Shown: piece by piece, positions 26,772-36,700 of the stretch
Layout of the letters: the number at the start of each line of letters is the position of its first letter
Position numbering within the stretch: the first letter of the stretch is position 1
Assembly: GCA_044343855.1 (NCBI GenBank)
Contig: JBIJDX010000003.1
Location: 1 to 39,209 of the forward strand
Direction: 5' to 3'
Length of the DNA: 39,209 bases
Source of the DNA: Flavobacteriales bacterium
GTDB lineage: Bacteria; Bacteroidota; Bacteroidia; Flavobacteriales_F; PHOS-HE28
The notes under the pieces: generated by a model
Databases searched by the model: none
What the model saw: the letters and a program-made list of their open reading frames with translations, nothing else
What the model was told of the DNA's origin: nothing
Made by a program: the position numbers and the translations under genes

Positions 26772-28547
26772 ATGCGCACCGGATCACTCCTTACGCTGTT
26801 CCTCATCGCTGGTGCGGCAGTTGCGCAGTTGAACGATGGGCGCCGCACATTCACCCACGCGGACAGCCTCCGCGGGAGCATCGGTCCTGAGCGCGCGTGG
26901 TGGGATGCCAGGCACTATGCCGTGTTCGTCACCCCTGACCTGGACCAGCGCACGATCAAAGGGCGCACGTACATCAAGTTCACCGCCACTGAGCCAGGAA
27001 GGCGCATGCAGATCGACCTGCAGCAACCCTTGGAAGTGGATAGCATCCATATGTGGGTGGAACGCCCACTTCGGGACGCAGAGGATCGCATTGAGGGCAG
27101 CACCTCCATCAAGACCGCCGTACCCTTCGAGCGTGAGGGCGATGTGATCTGGCTCGACGTCCACAGACCGAACGGTGTTTCCGGCCCCTATGAACCGGGA
27201 GAAGGCAGCATCCTGTGGATCGACTACCACGGCAAGCCGAAAGTCGCGAAGAATCCACCCTGGGACGGCGGCTGGATCTGGAAGAAGGACGCGCAGGGCA
27301 ACCCGTGGGTGAGCGTGGCCTGTCAAGGGCTGGGTGCCAGTGTGTGGTATCCCTGCAAGGACCACCAGAGCGATGAGCCGCAGGAAGGTGCCACCCTGCG
27401 CATCACCGTACCGGACAGCCTGCAGGGCATAGGAAACGGGCGTCTTCGCAGCACCTGGCGAAACGGCGATGGCACCACCACGTGGGAATGGCAGGTGAGC
27501 GATCCGATCAACACCTACAACCTCGTCCCCTACATCGGCAGGTACACCCATTGGAATGAAGTGTACGCGGGCGTGGATGGCCCGCTTCAATGCGACTACT
27601 GGGTGCTCGCCGGCAACGGACCCCAGGCCCGTGAACACTTCAAGCAGGTGCCTGAGATGCTGCGGTGCTTCGAGGAATGGCTGGGGCCCTACCCCTTCCA
27701 CCGGGATGGCTACAAGCTGGTGGAGGCACCGCACCTGGGCATGGAACACCAGAGCGCCATCGCCTATGGCAATAACTACGTGAACGGATATCGTGGAAGC
27801 GACTTGAGCGGTACAGGCCACGGGCTGGCGTGGGATTACATCATCATCCACGAGAGCGGTCACGAGTGGTTCGGCAACAGCATCACCACCGCGGACATCG
27901 CCGACATGTGGGTGCACGAGGGCTTCACGGACTACACCGAGACGATCTTCACCGAGTGCCAGCAGGGGCCGGCGGCAGCCCAGGAATATGTCATCGGGCT
28001 GCGGAGGAACATCCGCAACGACCGGCCGATCATCGGTCCGTACGGGGTGAACGAAGAGGGCAGCGGCGACATGTACTACAAAGGCGCCAACCTCATCCAC
28101 ATGATCCGGCACATCGTGGGTGACAGCACCTTCAAGGCGATGTTGCTGGACATGAACACCACCTTCAAGCACAGTGTGGTCACCAGTGCACAGGTGGAAG
28201 CCTTCATGATCGGATACAACGCCACCACGCGTTCATTGCTGCATCCCTCCCTCTTCGACCAATACCTGCGCAGCACCAGGGTACCCGTGTTGGAATACGC
28301 CTTCGTAAAGCGGCGACTGTGGATGCGTTGGGGCAATGCTGTGCCGGGGCTGAAACTACCGGTACGCACGGAGACGGAAGGGCGGATGCTCTTCGTAGCA
28401 GTGGACGAGCAATGGCAAGCGATACCTATCGAACGCAGGCATGGCCGTGCCAAGCGCCTGAGCGTGGATGCCGATTGGTACGTGGGTGCACGCCGGCTGT
28501 CCCGCAGGGAGGCCCGGACGTGCATTGGCATCCAACGGGCGAAATAA
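26772..28547 (+). CDS. M1 family metallo-aminopeptidase (secreted)
   Basis: Signal peptide, GMEH exopeptidase motif, HESGH...(18)E and YYKG. Confidence 0.93.
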   Translation: MRTGSLLTLFLIAGAAVAQLNDGRRTFTHADSLRGSIGPERAWWDARHYAVFVTPDLDQRTIKGRTYIKFTATEPGRRMQIDLQQPLEVDSIHMWVERPLRDAEDRIEGSTSIKTAVPFEREGDVIWLDVHRPNGVSGPYEPGEGSILWIDYHGKPKVAKNPPWDGGWIWKKDAQGNPWVSVACQGLGASVWYPCKDHQSDEPQEGATLRITVPDSLQGIGNGRLRSTWRNGDGTTTWEWQVSDPINTYNLVPYIGRYTHWNEVYAGVDGPLQCDYWVLAGNGPQAREHFKQVPEMLRCFEEWLGPYPFHRDGYKLVEAPHLGMEHQSAIAYGNNYVNGYRGSDLSGTGHGLAWDYIIIHESGHEWFGNSITTADIADMWVHEGFTDYTETIFTECQQGPAAAQEYVIGLRRNIRNDRPIIGPYGVNEEGSGDMYYKGANLIHMIRHIVGDSTFKAMLLDMNTTFKHSVVTSAQVEAFMIGYNATTRSLLHPSLFDQYLRSTRVPVLEYAFVKRRLWMRWGNAVPGLKLPVRTETEGRMLFVAVDEQWQAIPIERRHGRAKRLSVDADWYVGARRLSRREARTCIGIQRAK

Positions 28548-28622
28548 GAATTTCACGACGGAGCCGGCCAAAGGTCCTGCCGGCAAAAGCATACCAAGTG
28601 TATCCGGCAGGAACTTTGCACC

Positions 28623-29093
28623 ATGACACAAACCCACCAGTACAACCTGGACCTCATCTGGCACGGAGACCATACCAGCACCTACGAGGGCTATTCCCGG
28701 GCGCATGTGGTGCGCATCAGCGGCAAGCCCGATCTGCTGGGCACTGCAGATCCGTTGTTCCGGGGCGACCCCACGCTGCACAACCCGGAGGACCTGTTGC
28801 TTGCAGCCTTGAGCCAATGTCACCTCCTCACCTACCTGGCACTTTGTGCCCGTGCGCGCATCAACGTGCTGAGCTACCGGGACCGCGCGGAAGGAACGCT
28901 AGTGCTCACCAAGGACGGAGGCGGGCACTTTACCGAAGTGGTGCTCCGCCCCGAGGTGGTGGTGGCTGAAACCCACATGCTGGCCAAGGCGAAGCACTTC
29001 CACAGCGAGGTGCACAGGTACTGCTTCATAGCGCGGAGCGTGAATTTTCCTGTGCGGTGCATGGCATCGGTAACGGTGGAAGGCGAGGCATAG
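28623..29093 (+). CDS. OsmC/Ohr family protein
   Basis: FRGD, NPEDLL.AALS.CH.L and H..CFIA.SV, with the two conserved Cys. Confidence 0.92.
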   Translation: MTQTHQYNLDLIWHGDHTSTYEGYSRAHVVRISGKPDLLGTADPLFRGDPTLHNPEDLLLAALSQCHLLTYLALCARARINVLSYRDRAEGTLVLTKDGGGHFTEVVLRPEVVVAETHMLAKAKHFHSEVHRYCFIARSVNFPVRCMASVTVEGEA

Positions 29094-29340
29094 GCATCGC
29101 CCCCCGGATCATCGCCGGGGAATGCTAGTGGCGTAACAGATCATCCGTAGCGCACGCGCTACATCACGAGCAGCTGGTCGGGCAACACGATATCCGAGGC
29201 CTGGCGGCATCCCACTGGACCAACACCATCCTGCAGCTTTACTGGTCAATCAAAACAATACATTCGTCAAATCTTGAGCGGTATCCAACCTTGGACCGGA
29301 AAGAATCCGTAAACTATATCCTGCAAGCCACGGATCAGCC

Positions 29341-32217
29341 ATGCCGGACATGGATAGCGACGTCATGGAAGGACATATCATCAGGAGCACTCCTGCTTGC
29401 ACGGTCCGTGTGGTGCTGTCCTACGACCTGGATGAACGGCATGAACAAGTTCAACACGCTGCGGGGCCGGCCCGCAGACATGTGTCCATCAGTGAGCGAG
29501 GACCGGACATCAGCGGCTGTGGGATCGGGGAGCTCCTGCTGATGCCGGCCCCGGCGTTCCACGCGCTCTGCCTTGATGAGGACCGGCCAGGTCTCGAGGA
29601 ACGGTTCAAAGCCGCCCTTGAGACGGTATCGCCTTACCAGGTCAATTATCGGATCCGTCGTGCCGACGGCTCCCTGGCATGGATCCAGGAGAGCGGTGAA
29701 CTTGAGCGCTCGGGACGGGACCTCCAACTGGTTTGCACGGTGGTGGACCGAAGTGCGGAGCATGTGCTGGCGGAAGAGGTTCGGAAACGTGAGCAGATGC
29801 TTGCGGCCATTGCGGATGCGAACTCGTACCTGATCAATGAAACGGACCTGTTCACCGCACTGAACAAGGCGGCGGAGCGGGTGGGAAGGAGCACGGGGGT
29901 GGACCGCGTATACCTGTTCGCGAACGTGATCGATGCGAACGGAGAGGCCGTGACCACCAGCCAGCGCATGGAATGGAATTCCGGGCAGGCGCAGGCGCAA
30001 TTGAACAATCCGGACCTGCAGGACCTGCCCATTGAGGATTTCGGGCCGTTCATGGAACCACTCAAGCATGGCAACCCTTTCCGTGCCGTGGTTGCGGAGA
30101 TCGAGGATACGAACCTCCGTGAGTTCCTCATGGCTCAGGACATCCTCTCCATCCTTGTGTTGCCCATCACCCGGAAAGGCCGGTTCTGGGGCTTCCTTGG
30201 TTTCGACCAATGTTCGCATGTACGTGTATGGAGCCCCCAGGAGGAGTCCATCCTGCGCACACTTTGTGCTGCCATGGCGAGTGCCATATCACGCGACAGC
30301 CTGGCACGTGAGTTGGAGCTCGAGCTCGTGAGCGAACAGGCCATCAACAAGGTCACGGCGGCCATCATGCCCCTGGAGGATCCGTTGGAGGTTTTCTGGA
30401 CAGCCGTTGAGGCGATACCCGAGGAGCTGGGGCTGACCGACTGCGTCATCTACCAGTACGACCATAACGGAGGAAAACTATCACAGGTAGCCGCAAGGAC
30501 GAACAGGACCACCGAACGGCGCATCCTTTCAAGTACCTTCACGCTGGACCTGAGCCAGGGTATCGTTGGCCGTGCGGCGCGCACCCGCGAGGCGGTCTTT
30601 GTGACCGACACAAGCACGGAACCTGATTACATAGCGGATGACGTTGCGGGACGTTCGGAGCTGGCGGTCCCCATCCTTGCAGACGACCGGCTGCTGGGCG
30701 TGATCGATACGGAGCATCAGGAGGTGGATTTCTTCCGACCGAGGCACATGCGCTTCCTGCGGATGTTGTCGAACATCATCGCGGTGAAGATCCTTCAATT
30801 GGAACACTTCACGACCGCCCTGGAGCACCAGCGCAAGGCCAACGGATTGCAACTCGCTCTTACGGAAGAGTTGGAACGTTCGCTCCGGGACCGTGATGCG
30901 CAGCTCAGGGAGATCACGGCCATCAGCCGTTTCCCGGAAGTAAGTCCGCTCCCGGTCATGCGCGTGGACAACCATGGTGCGCTCACCTACGCGAATTCGG
31001 CGAGCGCGCCGCTCCTGGAGGCCTGGAAGGCGGCGGTGGGCGAACCGCTCGACAAGAACATACTCGTTCAGCTGCGCTGGGCCGCTGCCCGGGGCGCCCC
31101 GGTCAACCAATTCATGGGAGACCGGGTGTTCAAGGTGATGGCAAGCCCCGTCGAGGGTTTCGACTTCATGAACGTGTATGCCACGGAGGAAACGGCAATG
31201 CACAAGCTGAAGAACATCCAGGAGGACCTCATCCGACAGGAGCGCATGTCCATCCTCGGCCAGCTGATGGCGGGCATTGCCCATGAGCTGAACACACCGC
31301 TCGGTGCGATATCCGGGTCCATCAGCAACCTGTTGCGTTCAGCGGATCGCTGGTTCAGGGAGGACCTGCCAAAACTGGACAAGCAGGACATCCCGTTGAT
31401 CGATATGCACGCACGCAAGGCGGACCTTCAGACCGGCGATCATTACAACCGTCAGAAAGCCCTGCGCAACATGCTCCGGGAGGAGCATCCCCATCTTGCT
31501 GGAGATGGGGAATATGCCAGCATGCTGACGGACATGGGATGGCATACACCGCTCAACAAGGAGCAGGAGGCGTTGCTCAGGCACCCACGGGTGACCGACG
31601 TGCTGAAGACGATCCATACCGTGGTTTCCGTCAGGAGCTCGGCGAACATCATCCGGTTCGCGTCGGAGCGGTCGGGGCGCATCGTCAAGGCGCTAAGGAG
31701 CTACTCACACAAGGACCTCGGCGAGTTTCCTGTGGCACTTGACATCCACAGGCAGATAACCGACCTGCAGCAACTTTTCGCCACCGGCGTGCGTAAAGGC
31801 ATCCGGTTCGTCGTGCGGTCGGACGGCCCCCTTGTGATGAACGGGTTCGAGGACCAGCTGTCCCATGTGTGGACCAACCTGTACAACAATGCCATCCAGG
31901 CCATGGGCAACCAAGGGGAGCTTGTGGTACAGATCGAAAGAAAGGGTAGCGATGCGGTTGTGAGCTTCTCGAACACTGGCCCCATGATACCACCCAACAT
32001 CAGGGAACGCATCTTCGAACCAATGTTCACCACGAAGGCACGGGGTGAGGGCACGGGCATGGGTCTGAGCATAGCCCAGTCCATCGTGCACGAGCACGGC
32101 GGCACCATCACGTGCGCGTCAGGCCCCGAGGAAACCACCTTTACCGTGCGGCTCCCACTGGAATACCGAGGGGTGCCCAATGGCAGGGAACGCGGATCCG
32201 CCGGTTCGATGAACTAA
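29341..32217 (+). CDS. Cytoplasmic sensor histidine kinase (degenerate PAS - GAF - GAF - PAS-like - HisKA - HATPase)
   Basis: YRIRRADG...W (PAC), two GAF signatures, H-box AHELNTP, N-box NLYNNA, FTTK and GTGMGL. No TM segment seen. Start codon uncertain. Confidence 0.92.
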   Translation: MPDMDSDVMEGHIIRSTPACTVRVVLSYDLDERHEQVQHAAGPARRHVSISERGPDISGCGIGELLLMPAPAFHALCLDEDRPGLEERFKAALETVSPYQVNYRIRRADGSLAWIQESGELERSGRDLQLVCTVVDRSAEHVLAEEVRKREQMLAAIADANSYLINETDLFTALNKAAERVGRSTGVDRVYLFANVIDANGEAVTTSQRMEWNSGQAQAQLNNPDLQDLPIEDFGPFMEPLKHGNPFRAVVAEIEDTNLREFLMAQDILSILVLPITRKGRFWGFLGFDQCSHVRVWSPQEESILRTLCAAMASAISRDSLARELELELVSEQAINKVTAAIMPLEDPLEVFWTAVEAIPEELGLTDCVIYQYDHNGGKLSQVAARTNRTTERRILSSTFTLDLSQGIVGRAARTREAVFVTDTSTEPDYIADDVAGRSELAVPILADDRLLGVIDTEHQEVDFFRPRHMRFLRMLSNIIAVKILQLEHFTTALEHQRKANGLQLALTEELERSLRDRDAQLREITAISRFPEVSPLPVMRVDNHGALTYANSASAPLLEAWKAAVGEPLDKNILVQLRWAAARGAPVNQFMGDRVFKVMASPVEGFDFMNVYATEETAMHKLKNIQEDLIRQERMSILGQLMAGIAHELNTPLGAISGSISNLLRSADRWFREDLPKLDKQDIPLIDMHARKADLQTGDHYNRQKALRNMLREEHPHLAGDGEYASMLTDMGWHTPLNKEQEALLRHPRVTDVLKTIHTVVSVRSSANIIRFASERSGRIVKALRSYSHKDLGEFPVALDIHRQITDLQQLFATGVRKGIRFVVRSDGPLVMNGFEDQLSHVWTNLYNNAIQAMGNQGELVVQIERKGSDAVVSFSNTGPMIPPNIRERIFEPMFTTKARGEGTGMGLSIAQSIVHEHGGTITCASGPEETTFTVRLPLEYRGVPNGRERGSAGSMN

Positions 32218-33483
32218 ATGGATAAAACCGTACGCACAATGAACAAGGGCTACATCCTCGTTGTGGACGACGAACCGATGATCGTCGACACGCTGCGCAT
32301 GGAACTCCACGGAACCATGGACAGGGACATCCAGGTGCTGGCGGCCAACAGCGGTGAGGAGGCGCTCACCATCATCCGCGAGGAAATGGCACAGGGCTCA
32401 TACCCGGCCGTTGCTGTTGTGGATTACCTGATGTACCCCATGCGGGGCAGTGAATTGTTGGAACACATAGAAGCGTTGACACCGGCCACCAGGAAGATCA
32501 TGCTCACCGGCCAGGCCGACCTGGAGGCGGTGAAGAAGGTGATGTCCAGCGTTCGGCTATACCGCTACATGGAAAAGCCATGGCGTTCGATGGACATGGA
32601 ACTGACCATCCGTGAGGCCCTGCGCATGTACCATGATGAACAGGAGTTGCGCCACGAGGCCGATCTTGCCAAGGCGGAGTTCGGCGTGCGCACAAGTGAA
32701 CCGATGCGGCAGGTGGCAATGCCGAAGCCCGGAGGTTTCAGCCACGGCCTGTCCTACGCGCGACTGATCCAGCAATGCTTCATTCCGGAACTGAACGAAG
32801 AGCTCATGGCCCGGGTGAACCTGCACATCATGGACCGGCCACTTGCGCAGGTATCCGGTGATTTCCGTTGGTTCAGGCAGATCGGCGATGAACTGTATCT
32901 CGCCATCGGGGACTGCACGGGGCATGGATTGGCGGGTGCCATCATCGCCGTGCTGGCAACCGACATCCTCAGCAACACCCTCGGCAAGCGAGGGGCACAC
33001 AAGGAGGAGCCCGCCGCCATCGTGCGCACCGTATTGAAGCAACTGAAGGCACGCCTGGTCCGTGAGGGTGGTCGTGCAGACCATGTTGGACTGGAGCTCA
33101 CACTTGTGCGCCTGAACCTTGCGGAGGGTCGGATGGACTGGAGCAGCGCCAATGGCTTCCTGATAACCATGGACAGTGAGGGGAATACGAACATCCTCTC
33201 GAAAAGCAGGGGGATAAGCAGCAACTCCGCGAGTCACGATGACGTTCATGCCGGCTCCATGGACATCAGGGGCCACCACGTGGCCATGTTCACCGACGGC
33301 ATCACGGACCAGTTCGGCGGACCGTTGAACAAGCGTATGCGGCTGGACGGACTGCTGCGCCAGGTGGAGGCCGGAAAGGTATTCGACCCCAGTGGACGAT
33401 GCCACATCGAACCGGTGTTCGATGCGTGGAGGGGTGAGCATGAACAGGTGGACGACTGTCTTTGGATGAGTTTCCGTGTGTGA
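32218..33483 (+). CDS. Response regulator with SpoIIE/PP2C phosphatase output (RsbU-like)
   Basis: REC motifs VVDD, VVDY.M, MLTG and KPW. PP2C motifs SGDF, GDCTGHG, TDG and DD. Start may instead be the second Met (32239). Confidence 0.9.
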   Translation: MDKTVRTMNKGYILVVDDEPMIVDTLRMELHGTMDRDIQVLAANSGEEALTIIREEMAQGSYPAVAVVDYLMYPMRGSELLEHIEALTPATRKIMLTGQADLEAVKKVMSSVRLYRYMEKPWRSMDMELTIREALRMYHDEQELRHEADLAKAEFGVRTSEPMRQVAMPKPGGFSHGLSYARLIQQCFIPELNEELMARVNLHIMDRPLAQVSGDFRWFRQIGDELYLAIGDCTGHGLAGAIIAVLATDILSNTLGKRGAHKEEPAAIVRTVLKQLKARLVREGGRADHVGLELTLVRLNLAEGRMDWSSANGFLITMDSEGNTNILSKSRGISSNSASHDDVHAGSMDIRGHHVAMFTDGITDQFGGPLNKRMRLDGLLRQVEAGKVFDPSGRCHIEPVFDAWRGEHEQVDDCLWMSFRV

Positions 33484-33735
33484 TCGACCGATCACGTTCA
33501 GAACGTGGCGTGCATCAGATCCGCGAATAAATATGTAGAACATAGGATGTGCCTCGGCCGATGCAGTGAACCTGATGGCACCCCAGATAACGCCCGCAGT
33601 CTCGGCAGCCGATGTCGGGGACCGTTCAGTCGCCGGGATGAAGGCAGGTTCACGATGACCTCCGAGGTGGTGGTGTGACCGTGCTGGGCCGCACCGGTCG
33701 GGACCACGCGATATGATGACGCGAGCGGATACCCA

Positions 33736-33744
33736 TGTGGAAAA
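33736..33744 (-). promoter_or_regulatory. DnaA-box match upstream of dnaE
   Basis: TGTGGAAAA is the reverse complement of TTTTCCACA, which fits TT(A/T)TNCACA. It lies about 30 nt upstream of a TAACTTCG -7-like element (33774-33781). Confidence 0.55.
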
Positions 33745-33794
33745 CTGTTCGGCCCCCTCCCCTGCTCACCGGATAACTTCGTGGCCGTACAGCC

Positions 33795-36700
33795 ATGCAG
33801 TTCAGTCACCTCCACGTCCACACCCAGTTCTCGCTCCTCGACGGCGCCGCATCCATCCCTTCGCTGTTCAAGAAGGCCGCCGCCGATGGTCAGCCGGCCA
33901 TCGCCATCACCGACCACGGCAACATGTTCGGTGCGTTCAAGTTCGTGGCCGAGGCGGGCAAGCACAAGAACGAGGACGGAACCCCCAAGGTGAAGCCCAT
34001 CGTGGGCTGCGAGTTCTACGTGGTGGGCGACCGGCACAAGAAGATCTTCACCCGCGAGGACAAGGACAAGCGCTTCCACCAGCTGATGCTGGCGAAGAAC
34101 CCCACGGGTTACAAGAACCTGAGCAAGCTGTGCTCGCTGGGCTACATCGATGGCTTCTACAGCAAGTACCCGCGGATCGACAAGGAGTTGATCCAGCAGT
34201 ACCACGAGGGACTGATCGCCACCACCTGTTGCCTTGGGGCGAGTGTACCACAGGCCATCCTGCGTGGTGGCACCGGTGACCTGCAGAAGGCCGAGGACGA
34301 GTTCAAGTGGTGGCTGGACCTCTTCGGTGAGGACTACTATGTGGAGCTACAGCGGCACGGCATCCCCGAGCAGGACCGTGTGAACGCCGTGCTGGTGCAA
34401 TGGGCGCGCAAATACAACGTGCCGATCATCGCCAGCAACGACAGCCACTACACCGACCGCGAGGACAGCAACGCCCACGACATCCTGCTGTGCATCAACA
34501 CCGGCGAGAAACAGAGCACGCCGAAAGCCGAGGATGGCGACGAGGAAGGATCGAAGGGAAAACGCTTCGCCTTCTACAACGACGAGTTCTTCTTCAAGTC
34601 GCAGGCGCAGATGGCACAGACCTTCAGCGACCTGCCCGAGGCCTTGGACAACACGAACCTGATCGTGGACAAGGTGGAGATGCTGAAGCTGAAGCGCGAC
34701 ATCCTCCTGCCCAACTTCCAGCTGCCCGAAGGCTTCAGCGATCAGGACGAGTACCTGCAGCACCTCACCTACCAGGGGGCCATCAAGCGTTACATCAACG
34801 ATGGTGTCTCGGGCATCGATTCGCTGGAACCCAAGATCAAGGAGCGACTCGATTTCGAGCTCTTCGTGATCCGCACCATGGGCTTCGCGGGCTACTTCCT
34901 CATCGTGCAGGACTTCATCAACCACGGCCGCGACATCGGCGTGTTGATCGGCCCCGGTCGTGGCAGTGCAGCGGGCAGTGCGGTGGCTTACTGCATCGGC
35001 ATCACCAACATCGACCCCATCAAGTACGATCTGCTGTTCGAGCGCTTCCTGAACCCGGACCGCAAGAGCATGCCCGATATCGATACGGACTTCGATGACG
35101 AAGGCCGGCAGAAGGTGATCGACTACGTGGTGGAGAAGTACGGCCAGAACCAGGTGGCCCAGATCGTCACCTACGGCAGCATGGCCGCCAAGAGCAGCAT
35201 CCGCGATGTGAGCCGGGTGCTGGACCTTCCATTGCAGGAAGCGGACCGCCTGGCAAAGCTGATACCGGAACGACCGGGCATCGAACTGGGACGCATCCTG
35301 CGCGCACCGCTGGAGGGTGAAGGCAGCCTGAAGCAGAAAGAGAACTTCAGCAGCGAGGAGATCGCCGCCACCAAGCAGCTGCGAGAGATCCTGGAGAGCG
35401 GTGAACTGACCGCTGATGTGCTGCGCGAGGCCGAGAAATTGGAAGGCAGCGTGCGCGGTGTGGGGATCCACGCGGCGGGGCTGATCATCGCGCCGAGCGA
35501 CCTGACGGAGTACATCCCCGTCTGCACCAGCAAGGACTCGCCCATGCTGATCACGCAGTTCGACGGCAAGGTGGTCGAGGATGCCGGCGTGATCAAGATG
35601 GACTTCCTGGGCCTGAAGACGCTGACGATCATCCGCGATGCGCTGCGCATGATCAAGGCTAACCACGGGGTGGACATCGCCATCGATGAGATCCCCCTGG
35701 ACGACCCGAAGACCTATGCGCTCTACCAGCGTGCAGAGACCAACGGCACGTTCCAGTTCGAGAGCGCGGGCATGCAGAAGTACCTGCGTGAGCTGAAGGC
35801 GGATACGTTCGGCGACCTCATCGCCATGAACGCGCTGTACCGGCCGGGTCCGCTGGAATACATCCCCACCTTCATCAAGCGCAAACACGGCCTGGAGAAG
35901 ATCGTGTACGACCTCCCCGAGATGGAGGACCTGCTGAAGGAGACCTACGGCGTCACCGTGTACCAGGAACAGGTGATGTTGCTGAGCCAGAAGTTGGCGG
36001 GCTTCACCAAGGGTGATGCTGACGTGCTGCGCAAGGCGATGGGCAAGAAGGACCGCGCCACGCTGGACAAGATGAAGGGCAAGTTCCTGGAAGGCACCTC
36101 AGCCAAGGGACTGGATGCGAAGGTCTGTACCAAGGTCTGGACCGACTGGGAGGCCTTCGCGCAATACGCCTTCAACAAATCACACAGCACGTGTTACGCC
36201 TTCGTGGCCTACCAGACCGCGTGGCTGAAGGCGAACTACCCCAGCGAATTCATGGCCAGCGTGCTCACCCATTCGGGGGGGCAGATCGACAAGATCACCT
36301 TCTTCATGGAGGAATGCCGGCGGATGGGCATCAAGGTCCTCGGGCCCGATGTGAACGAGAGCCACTACCAGTTCAGCGTGAACAAGGCCGGGCACATCCG
36401 CTTCGGGCTGGGCGCCGTGAAGGGTGTGGGCGAAGGCGCCGTGGAAGCACTGGTGAACGACCGGCAGGAGAACGGCCCCTATGCGAGCGTTTTTGACCTG
36501 ATGCGCCGGGTGAACCTGCGCGCGGCCAACCGCAAAGCGCTGGAAAGCCTCGCCTATGGAGGAGCCTTCGACAGTCTGGGGCTGACCCGCGCGCATTTCT
36601 TCCACAGTGCCGGAGAGGGCAAACCCACTTACATCGAAACGCTGGTGCGCTACGGCCAGCAGCACCAGGACGGCGCCGACAGCAGCCAGGTGAGCATGTT

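Noticed and set aside
29291-29542. TTG-start ORF suggesting a frameshifted kinase N-terminus
   Set aside because: The main frame already encodes a PAS-like region. The alternative product has no motif and I saw no slippery site.
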